NCBI RefSeq assembly: GCF_009914755.1
Contig: NC_060947.1
Reading direction: 5' to 3' (one strand)
DNA length: 64,000 bases
Origin: the human T2T-CHM13v2.0 reference genome, Homo sapiens
In this document: positions 25,787 through 38,640 of the stretch, in pieces
How positions within the stretch are numbered: position 1 is the stretch's first letter
Layout of the letters: every line of letters starts with the position of its first letter
Translations under genes and position numbers: made by a program
The notes under the pieces: model-generated
Seen by the model: the letters and a program-made list of their open reading frames with translations, nothing else
Database searches by the model: none
What the model was told of the DNA's origin: nothing

Positions 25787-26239
25787 TTTCATGCGCGTCC
25801 GTGTGAAGAGACCACCAAACAGGCTTTGTGTGAGCAACAAGGCTGTTTATTTCACCTGGGTGCAGGCGGGCTGAGTCTGAAAAGAGAGTCAGTGAAGGGA
25901 GATAAGGGTGGGGCTGTTTTATAGGATTTGGGTAGGTAACGGAAAATTACAGTCAAAGGGGGTTTGTTCTCTGGCGGGCAGGAGTCGGGGTCGCAAGGTG
26001 CTCAGTGGGGGTGCTTTTTGAGCCAGGATGAGCCAGGAAAAGGACTTTCACAAGGTAATGTCATCACTTAAGGCAAGGACCGGCCATTTACACTTCTTTT
26101 GTGGTGGAATGTCATCAGTTAAGGTGGGGCAGGGCATATTCACTTCTTTTGTGATTCTTCAGTTACTTCAGGCCATCTGGGCGTATAGGTGCAAGACACA
26201 GGAGATGTGATGGCTTGGCTTGGGCTCAGAGGCCTGACA
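25787..26239 (-). mobile_element. LTR7 outer 5' LTR (promoter; TATA atcctataaaa near 25917-25927)
   Basis: 453 bp; 8 mismatches to the 3' LTR by manual count. Confidence 0.97.
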
Positions 26240-26496
26240 GGCTTCTAATGAATCAGACCCCTTAACAAAGAGAGAGTATTCTGCTTTCTTTGTGGAGTTT
26301 CAAGTGTCATGGCAGATTTCTTTCAGGTCTAAAGTTCTGCTTTCTTATATTGCATTACCTGATCTCTTTGGCTTTGGTGGGTACTAGAGATTATTTTGTA
26401 CTGTTACAAAATTTGACCTTGGTGTGTGTAGTGGCAGATGAGAATGACAATGTTAGGGATGGCTGAGCAAAATTTATAGAAAATGGCCATTACTAC

Positions 26497-26979
26497 TGAG
26501 GGAAGAGAGAGACTCTCTCATATTGTTTTATATTGTTTTATACTCAGTATCTGTTTTAAGAAAAAAAAAAACAAGGAAGTGAAATCAAAGACAGTCAGCC
26601 CAGTGCCAGGCCCAAAACCAGGCCTGGGCCTGCCTCGCCTAAACATAGTAGTTAAAAATCAACTCATGACTTAGAACCCAATGTTACCCATAGATTTCAG
26701 GCATTGTGTGGAAGAACATTGTGAAACTCCCTGCTCTGCTCTGTTTCACTCTGACCACCAGTACATGCAGCCCCTGTCACTACCCCTTGCTTGCTCAAAT
26801 CAATCACGACCCTTTCATGTGAAATCTTTAGTGTTGTGAGCCCTTAAAAGGGACATAAATTGTGCACTCAGGGAGCTCAGATTTTAAGGCAGTAGCTTGC
26901 TGATGCTCCCAGCTGAATAAAGCCCTTCCTTCTACAACTCGGTGTCTGAGAGGTTTTGTCTGTGGCTCGTTCTGCTACA
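26497..26979 (+). mobile_element. LTR2B-like solo LTR (HERV-E/Harlequin)
   Basis: tgagggaagagagagac...ctgctaca; perfect 4-bp TSD CTAC; aataaa near 26916. Confidence 0.85.
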
Positions 26980-27744
26980 CTACGAGGAACAACTCATTTA
27001 TTTGAACATTTAGATAAAAACGTCATTATGCAAGCCCTAAAACCTGCATGCTTTGTTGGCCCTGTTTCTTAAAGGGCTTCACCCTAAAGTTAGTAATCTA
27101 GTAAAGCTAAGTTGAAAAGACCATCTATAAAACTAAATCATTTAAATAAATCTCTTTGTATGGAAAATTTTCATCTTTAAATAAAATCTTTTTTTTTTTT
27201 TTTTTTTTTTTCGTAAAGCAGCTGTGTCTCTGCACCTAAACCACTAGAAATTTTAACTAGGGAATAAACAATGTTTTAAAGTTTACATAATAGACCTTAC
27301 TTTTGTTTACATCTAAGTCTATGCCTTTGAGATGTACGTTTTCTACCTTTTTTTAAACCTAAGTCATGTCTTTGGAGATGCAAATTTAGAGTTGCCTAGT
27401 TAACAATTGTTTAGGACATGGGACAGATAATCAAGAGATTAATAGTCTGTAGCAGGAGCTAGAACATGTTTGAAAATAGGCAAACGAAATATTTTAAATC
27501 TATAAGATCTGCCTCTGTCTGGGTCTTCTATGTCAATATGTTATATGTGTGTTGTGGAAATGATGTTCATCTATTAATCATATGAGAGAACTCTAATTAA
27601 CTGGCTAAAAGAAAAGTGTTTATCAAATTAATAGAAGCTAGCTCACAGACTTCAGTTCACATGACTGTAGTAATCATTGGTAAGATTAATTTAGTAACTT
27701 TAGTCTCAAAATTTTCTCCAATAATTTGAAATCTTAAAGTCATG

Positions 27745-28584
27745 TATGACCCCTGAATATCTGAGACAGGTCTCAGTTAATTTAGAAAGTTTATTTGCCA
27801 AGGTTGAGGATGCGCACCCCTGACACAATCTCAGGAGGTCCTGATGACATCTGCCCAAGGTGATCAGAGCACAGCTTGGTTTTACACATTTTAGAGAGAC
27901 ATGAGATATCAATCAACATATGTAAGATGAACATTTGTTGGGTCCAGAAAGGCGGGACAACTCAAAGCAAATGTGGGATGATTCGAAGTGGAGTGGGGAC
28001 TTACAGGTCATAGTTAGATAAGAGACAAATAGTTGCATTCTTTTGAGATTCTGATTAGCCTCTCCAAAGGAGGTGTATTAGTTCGTTCTCACACTACTGA
28101 TACAGACATATCCGAGACTGGGTAATTTATAAATAAAAAGAGTTTTAATGGGCTCACAGTTCCACGTGGCTGGAGAGGCCTCACAATCATGGCAAAAGGC
28201 CAAAGACATGTCTTACATGGTAGCAGACAAAGGAGAAAATGAGAACCAAGTGAAAAGGGTTTCCTGTTATACAAACATCAGCTCTCAGGAGACTTATTCA
28301 TTACCACAAGAAAAATATGGGGGAAACCACCCCCATGATACAATTATCTCCCACTGCATTCCTCCTACAACATGTGGGAATTATGAGAGCTACAATTCAA
28401 AATGAGATTTGGGTAGGGACATAGCCAAACCATATCAGGAGGCAGTCAGATATGCATTTATCTCAGTGAGCAGAGGGTTGACCTTGAATGGAATGGGAGG
28501 CAGGTTAGCCCTAAGCAGTTCCCAACTCGACTTTCCTCTTTAGTTTAGTAATTTGGGGGACCCAATATTTATTTTTCTTTCACA
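27745..28584 (-). mobile_element. MER4A-like solo LTR, split by THE1
   Basis: Minus tgtgaaagaaaaataaat... start; TSD catg/catt. Confidence 0.85.
28074..28437 (-). mobile_element. THE1 solo LTR
   Basis: tgtattag...aaccatatca; perfect TSD GGAGG. Confidence 0.92.
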
Positions 28585-28661
28585 CATTTTATGTTAAACA
28601 ATATTAGGTTTTTTACTAGGAATTAAGGTTACTAAGAGTTAGGCTAGTCAGGCAGTAAGAT

Positions 28662-30955
28662 TGTATTAGTTTGTTTTCACACTGCTGATAAAGACATACC
28701 CAAGACTGGGCTATTTACAAAAGAAAACAGATTAATTGGACTTACAGTTCCACATGGCTGGGGAAGTTATCACAATCATGGCAGAGGGTTAAAGACACTT
28801 ATTATATGGTGGTGGCAAGAGAGAATGAGGAAGAAGCAAAAGCAGAAACCGCTCATAGACCCATCACATCTCATGAGACTTATTCACTATCATGAGAATA
28901 GCATGGGAAAGACTAGCCCCCATGATTCAATTACCTCCCACTGTGTCCCTCCCACAACCTGTGGGACTTCTGGGAGATATAATTCAAGTTGAGATTTGGG
29001 TGGAGGCACAGCCAAACCATATAATTCCACCCTGGCCCCTCCCAAATCTCATGTCCTCTCATTTCAAAACCAATCATGCCTTTCCAACAGTCCCCCAAAG
29101 TCTTAACTCATTTCAGCATTAACTTAAAAGTCCAGAGTCCAACATCTCATCTGAGAAAAGACATGTCCCTTCAGGCTATGAGCCTGTAAAATCAAAGGCA
29201 AGTTAGTTACTTCCTAGATACAATGGAGGTACAGACATTGGGTAAATACAGCTGTTCCAAATGAAAAAAAAAAAATTAGCCAAAAGAAAGGGGCTACAGG
29301 CCCCATGCAAGTCCAAAATCCAGCAGGGCAGTCAAATCTTAAAGTTCCAAAATGACCTCCTTTGGCTCCATGTCACACTGATGCAAGAGGTGGGTTCCCA
29401 TGGTCTTGGGCAGCTCCATCCCTGTGGCTTTGCAAGGTACGGCCACCCTACCTGTGGCTTTCATAGGCTGGCATTGAGTGTCTGAGGCTTTTCCAGGCAC
29501 ACAGTGCAAGCTGTTGGTGAATCTACCATTCTGGGATCTGGAGGATGGTGGCCCTCTTCTCACAGTTCCACTAGGCAGTGCCCCAGTAGGGACTCTGTGT
29601 GGGGTCTCTCACCCCACATTTCCCTTCAGCACTGCTCTAGCAGAGGTTCTGCATGAGGGCCCAGTCCCTTCAGGAAACTTTTGCCTGGGCATCCAGGTGT
29701 TTTCATACATGTTCTGAAATCTAGTCTGAGGTTCCCAAACATCAGTTCTTGACTTCTGTGCACCCACAGGCTCAACACCATATGGACCCTGCCAAGGCTT
29801 GGGGTTTGCACCCTCTGAAGCCAGGGTCTGAGCTGTACCTTGGCCCCTTTTAGTCATAGCTGGAGTGGCTAGGACACGGGACACCAAGTCCCTAGGCTGC
29901 ACACAGCACAGGGACCCTGGGCCCGGACGATGAAACCATTTCTTCCTCTTAAACCTCTAGGCCTGTGATGAGAAGGGCTGCCACGAAGACCACTGACATG
30001 CCCCAGGGACATTTTCCCCATTGTCTTGGAAATTAACATTCAGCTCCTTGTTACTTATGCAAAGTTCTACAGCCAGCTTAAATTTCTTTTCAGAAAATGG
30101 GATTTTCTTTTCTATCACATTGTCAGGCTGCAAATTTTCCAAACTTTTATCCTCTGCTTCCCTTGTAAAATGGAATGCCTTTAACAGCACCCAAGTCACC
30201 TCTTGAATGCTTTGCTGCTTAGAAATTTCTTCTGCCGGATACCCTTAGTCATCTCTCACAAGTTCAAAGTTCTACAAATCTCTAAGGCAGAGGCAAAATG
30301 CCACCATTTTCTTTGCTAAAGCATGACAAGAGTCACCTTTGCTCTAGTTCCCAGCAAGTTCCTCATTTCCATCTGAGACCACTTCATCCTGGACTTTATT
30401 GTCCATATCATTATCACCATTTTGGGCAAAGATATTCAACAAGTCTCTAGGAAGTTCCAAACTTTCCCACATTTTCCTGTCTTCTTCTGAGCCCTACAAA
30501 CTGTTTCAACCTCTGCCTATTACCCAGTTCCAAAGCTGCATCCACATTTTCAATTATCTTTTCAGCAACACCCCACTTCTCATACCAATTTACTGTATTA
30601 GTCCATTTTCACACTGCTGATAAAGACATACCTGAGACTGGGCAATTTACAAAAGAAAGAGGATGAATTGGATTTATAGTTCCACATGGCTGGGAAAGGT
30701 CTCACAATGAAGGCAGAGGGTGAAAGGCACTTCTTACATGGTCATGGCAAGAGAGAATGAGGAGGAAGCAAAAGTAGAAACCCCTGATAAATCCACTAGA
30801 TCTCATGAGACTTATCCACTATCATGAGGATAACATGGGAAAGACCGGCCCCATGATTCAATTACCCTTCATTGGGTCCCCCTCACAACACATGGGAATT
30901 CTGGGAGATACAATTCAAGTTGAGATTTGGGTGGGGGCACAGCCAAACCATATTG
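28662..30955 (-). mobile_element. Full-length THE1 element (THE1C/D-like)
   Basis: LTRs 28662-29024 and 30594-30955; internal region is the reverse-complement homolog of 10709-12279; perfect TSD AAGAT. Confidence 0.93.
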
Positions 30956-33900
30956 AAGATGTAGTGAGATTTATAAAGAAACATAAGGATTGTTTTTTTC
31001 TTACAAAAATGTAAATTTTTTTCCAGTTGAGGACCTTTCTTCTAGTGTTGAGATAAAGACCACTATTGGCATCCACCTATTTTTGTTTTAAACTGGGGAG
31101 TTTATATTGATACCTCATGGCAAGAGTTCCAAAATAAAAGCTACAGAATCTTTTTATGAATGTGTATGTATTCTTAGATATGTTTATGTGTATGTACATG
31201 TGTTTTACTATTTGTTGTGGCCACAAGGTACCATATTGGTCTAAAAATAAAGCAGTACTCATAAATTAAGTAAATAAGCAAATAATTTTTAAGTTCATAT
31301 GACTTCATTAAATTTTTAATAAATAATCTGGCTTTTAAATTATTGGTAAAATAAAATTCTAAAGGCCTACAGAATTGTCAACATACACTATTGTTTAGAT
31401 TTGTTGGTCAAGCAGTTATATATTTATTTCTGCTAAATATTATAAGGTGTCAAGATTTGGCATGAGAGTTATAAAACTATAAATGTAGCCCCAAGCAACT
31501 TTGCTACTGCGAGAGAAAATTCTAAGGAGGGTTTAATACTAGATGTCAGAACCTCTGCCAAGGGCATCCCCTTTGGCAGGTTGAGGTCTGCAGGACCCAT
31601 GGAGCATCCTCCTGTGGGTTCCAATCTTAGAGTTCCAGACATCTCTGGCCTTACTTGGGTGGGCACCAGTGCCACTTTGCATGTGTTCCCTCTTGAGCCT
31701 GCTATGAGCTTTCCTTTGGTATGTGGGTGTAATCCCCAACTTTTAGAATCCTTATAATTTGATAAGGCTATGTTTTCCCATGCTTCCTGTTCCATGAATT
31801 TTAATGATAGCAACTGGAGGATGAGTGGGTTTCTTTTGCCTATAGCCAGTTGTAGCCAGTTGAATAGGGGAAGGGAAGAATTTAGCATTAGAAAAGAAAG
31901 TTTAAGTCACCTGAAACATGTGAAAGTTTGTTCTGACCTGTGCTGCAAGTGAGAAACAGTAACCAGGCATGGAAAAGATAATTTATAAAACAATATAACA
32001 TGAATTAGTAAATAAAACAAGAGAGATGTAAAGGAAGTTATAAATATAAGGAGGTTACTTCAATAAGAATGGTTAAAAGAAAGTAATTTTATGTGAGAAA
32101 AAAATCTTGTGTGTCAATGTTTGTCCTAAAATAAAAAGATTGGTTATTTTAAAAAGAGGAATAATCTTTAAGTAACCTTTGCATTAGACAAAAATATTTC
32201 CTTTTAATAAGAACACTTATTTATAAAAACGTTTTTCTATAATATAATTTTAACAAATTGGAAGTGACCCAGACATTTGATAAATGTCTATTATTTTATT
32301 ATTTTATTTAATAATTTAATATAATAGGTCCTAAATTATATTGCAAGTTTATAAGCATTTATTCTATTACATTTACCTAATTAATTAATTTTAAATTTTT
32401 AATTAGTTTACCTAGCCAATGGGAAACTTCTAGAGGGTATTTGGACCCAAGAAGATTCTGTATTTGGGCCCTTGGTGCTGCTCGTGTGACAGTAAGTGAG
32501 ATTTTGTGAGATCTGCCCGTTTAAAGGTGTGTGACAATTACCCCACCCCGACTCTTGCTTCCATTATTGTCATGTTAGATGCCATCTCCTCCCTTGCCTT
32601 TGAGCATAATTGACAAGAGGATTTCATGATGGTAACAGGTTGAATTCAAAAAGAAGACCTAACTATTTTAAATATATATGGACCCAACCGAGGAGTACCC
32701 AGATTCATAAAACAAGTTTCTAGAGACCTATGAAGAAACCTAGATAAACACACAATAACGGTGGGAGATTTCAAGAAATATTAGAAAGCTTATCATTGAA
32801 AGAATAAGTAAGATGGATAGATTACTAACTAGACTACTAAAAAAAGATCAAAATAAAATCAGAAATGAGAAAGGTGACATTACCATAAACCCCTCAGAAA
32901 TACAGAAACCCTCAGACATTATTATAAATATCTTTATGCACACAAACTAGAAAAATCTACAAAAATGGATAAATTCCTAGAAATATACAACCTCCCAAGT
33001 TTGAACAAGGAAGTAATTGAAACCCTAAACAGACTAATAACAAGTTCCAAAATTGAATCAGTAACAAAAAGTCTACCAATCAGAAAAAAAGCCCTGAAAC
33101 AGATGGATTCACAGGTGAATTCTTTCAGACATATAAAGAAGAGCTGGTGCCATTCCTACTAAAAATATTTCAAAAATTTGAGGGGGAGAGACTCCACCCA
33201 AACTCATGTTATAAGGCAAGCATAATTCTGACATGAAAACCTAGCAGAGACATAAGAAAAAAAAGAAGTGTCCAATAATATTGATGAACATATGTGCAAA
33301 AATGCTTAACAAAATAGCAGCAAACCAAATCCAGCAGCACATCAAAAAGCTAATCAGCCACATTCAAGTAGGCTTTATCTCTGGGACGCAAGTTTGGTGC
33401 ATCATAGAAAATTAATAAATGTGATTCTTCACTTAAATAGAGCTAAAAACAAAAACCAATATTTGGTCAACCGATTGACCAAATGTACCTAACAGACATC
33501 TACAGAACTCCTCATCCAAAAACAGCAGAATATACATTCTACTCATCTGCAGAAGGCACATAGTCAAAAAGTGACCACAAATCTCAATAGATACATAAAA
33601 TCTTATAATGAAATCCAGCAATCCTTCAGGGTAAAAGCCCTCAACCAACTAGGCATTGAAGGAACACATCTCAAAATAATCACAGCTGTCTATGACAAAC
33701 CCACAGCCAATATAATCCTGAATGGGTAAAAGCTGGAAGTATTGTTCTTGAGAATCAGAACAGGACAAGAATGCCCACTCTCATCACTCCTATTCAACAT
33801 AATACTGGAATTCCTGGCCAGATCAATCAGGCAAGAGAAAGAAAAAGGCATCCAAATAAGAAGAGAGGAAGTCAAACTATCTTTGTTTGCAGATGATACG

Positions 33901-34067
33901 ACTTTATACCTAGAAAACTCCATAGTCTCTGTTCAAAAGCTCTTAAATCTGATAAACAACTTCAGTAAAGTTTCAGGATACAAAATCAATATACAAATCT
34001 CAATAGCATTTCTATATACCAACATCCAAGCTGAGAGCCACATCAAAAATGCAATCTCATTCACATA

Positions 34068-34069
<2 letters not shown>

Positions 34070-34108
<39 letters not shown>
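34070..34108. repeat. (CA)n microsatellite
   Basis: About 19 CA units inside L1 ORF2. Confidence 0.95.
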
Positions 34109-34111
<3 letters not shown>

Positions 34112-34432
34112 GAATACAGGTAATGAGGGAGGTAAAGATCTCCACAATAATTACAAAACACTGCTGAGAAAAAATCAGATGTCACAAACAAATGGAAAAA
34201 ATATTTCATGTTATAGGTAGGAAGAATAAATATTGTTAAAATGACCATGCTGCTCAAAGCAATCTAGAGTCAATGTTACTTCTATCAAACTACCAATGAA
34301 ATTTTTCACAGATTTAGAGGAAACTATTCTAAAATTCATATGGAACCAATAAAGAGCCCGAATAGACAAAGCAATCCTAAGCTAAAAGAACAAAGCTGGA
34401 GGCATCACTTTACCTGACTTCAAACTACACTA

Positions 34433-35147
<715 letters not shown>

Positions 35148-35288
35148 CTAGTTAAATTAAATAGCTTCTTCACAGCAAAATAAACTATCAGCAGAGTAAA
35201 TAATCTACACAATAGGAGAACATATTTGCAAATTATTCCTCCAAGAAAGTTCTAATATCCAGAATCCATAAGGAACTTTAACAAGCAA

Positions 35289-35590
35289 GGCTGGGCACAG
35301 TGTCTCACACCTATAATCTCAGCACTTTGGGAGGCTGGGGCTGGTGGATCACTTGAGGTCAGGAGTTTGAGACCAGCCTGGCCGTCATGATGAAACCCCA
35401 TGTCTACTAAAAATAAAAAAAAATTGCCAGGCATGGTGGTGCGTGCATGTAATCCCAGCTACTTGGGGGCTGAGGCACGAGAATCGCTTGAACCTGGAAG
35501 GTGGAGGTTGCAGCAAGCGGAGATCGCCAACTGCACTCGAGCCTGGGGGTGGCAGAGTGAGACTCAGTCTCAAAAAAAAAGAAAAAGAAA
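35289..35590 (+). mobile_element. AluS
   Basis: Full dimer; perfect 19-bp TSD aaggaactttaacaagcaa. Confidence 0.95.
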
Positions 35591-35856
35591 AAGGAACTTT
35601 AACAAGCAAAAACAAGTAACCATATTAAAAAGTAGGTAAAGGGCATGAACAGATACTTTTCAAAAAAAAAAAAAAATCATCTGGCCATCAAGCAAATGAC
35701 AAAATGTTCAACATCACTAATCATTAGAGAAATGCAAATCAAACCACAATGAGATGCCATGTCATAAGAGTCAGAATGGCTAAGTAAAAAATAACAGATG
35801 TGGGTGAGGTTATGAAGAAAAGGGAACACATACACTGCTGGTTAGAATGTACATTA

Positions 35857-36243
35857 TTAGGTTGGTGCAACAGTAATTGGGGTTTTTGCCATTAAAAGTT
35901 ACTTTTACTTGGGCCGGGCGCAGTGGTTCACGCCTGTAATCCCAGCACTTTGGGAGGCAGAGGCGGGTGGATCACAAGGTCAGGAGATCGAGATCATCCT
36001 GGCCAACATGGCAAAACCCCGTCTCTACTAAAAATATAAAAATTAGCTGACCGTGGTGGCGCATGCCTGTAATCCCAGCTACTCGGGAGGCTGAGGCAGA
36101 AGAATCACTTGAACCAGGGAGTCAGAGCTTGCAGTGAGCCAAGATCACGCCACTGCACTCCAGCCTGGCGACAGAGTGAGACTCTGTCTCAAAAAAAAAA
36201 AAAATTAATGACAAAAACCCCAATTACTTTTGCACCAACCTAA
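35857..36243. mobile_element. MADE1 (Hsmar1-derived MITE) split by an Alu
   Basis: TIRs ttaggttggtgcaacagtaatt... and ...aattacttttgcaccaacctaa; TA on both sides. Confidence 0.92.
35912..36204 (+). mobile_element. AluS (Sc-like)
   Basis: ggccgggcgcagtgg...gatcacaaggtcaggagatcgag...A-tail. Confidence 0.93.
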
Positions 36244-36370
36244 TAGGTCATTGTGGAAAGCAGTGTGATAATTTCTCACAAAACCTAGAACAGAACTAGC
36301 ATTTGGCCTAGAAATTTAATTATTGGGTATACACCTAAAGAAATATAAATCATTCTACCTTTAAGATGTG

Positions 36371-36716
36371 GGCTGGGCGCGGTGGCTCATGCCTGTAATC
36401 CCAGCACTTTGGGAGGCCGAGGCGGGCGGATCACGAGGTCAGGAGACCGAGACCATCCTGGTTAACACGGTGAAACCCTGTCTCTACTAAAAACTACAAA
36501 AAAAATTAGCCGGGCGCGGTGGCGGGTGCCTGTAGTCCCACCTACTCGGGCGGCTGAGGCAGGAGAATGGCGGGCGCCTGTAGTCCCAGCTGCTCGGCGG
36601 CTGAGGCAGGAGAATGGCGGGAACGCGGGAGGCGGAGCTTGCTGTGAGCTGAGATTGCACCACTGCACTCCAGCCTGGGAGACAGAGCGAGACTCCGTCA
36701 AAAAAAAAAAAAAAAG
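36371..36716 (+). mobile_element. AluY-like element with an internal 48-bp tandem duplication
   Basis: CpG-rich with Y-type motifs (gatcacgaggtcaggaga, aacacggtgaaacc, gagaatggcg). Confidence 0.92.
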
Positions 36717-37184
36717 CATGTGTGCGTATGCTCATTGCAAAACTGTTCACAATAGCAAAGACATGGTATCACCCTAAATGCCCATAAACATTAGAGTAGA
36801 TAAAGAAAACTTGGTATATGTATAAAGGAATACTATGCAGTCATAGAAATCATGTCTTTTGCAATAACATGGTTGGAGCTGGAGGCTATTATCTTAAGCG
36901 AACTAACACAGAAACAGAAAATAAAGCACTGCAATTTCTCACTTGTAAGTGGCAGCTAAGCATTCAGCACATATAGACACAAGAGAATAAGAGACACGGG
37001 CCAATTTCAAGGTGGAGAGTGGGAGGAGGGTGATGATCAAAAATTTACCTACCTGGTGCTATGTTTATGTCCTGGTTGACAAAACAATGTGTACACCAAA
37101 CCCCCACAATATGCAATTTACCTGTATAACAAATCTGTCCATGTACTCATGAACCTAAAATAAAATTTAAAACAATTCTTGAGA

Positions 37185-38639
<1,455 letters not shown>

Positions 38640-38640
<1 letters not shown>

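Larger units (their letters stand above)
19967..26239 (-). mobile_element. HERV-H provirus (common deleted form) with three LTR7 copies
   Basis: LTRs 19967-20419, 25325-25776 and 25787-26239; tRNA-His PBS (minus tggtgccgtgactcagat); PPT agaaggcaggaa; 5-bp TSD GGCTT (19962-19966 and 26240-26244). Confidence 0.97.
17828..32415 (+). mobile_element. MER4-group internal region, heavily interrupted, 3' part lost
   Basis: Segments 17828-18344, 19717-19966, 26240-26496, 26980-27744 and 30956-31490; 31240-31490 is the reverse-complement homolog of about 10190-10450. Confidence 0.65.
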
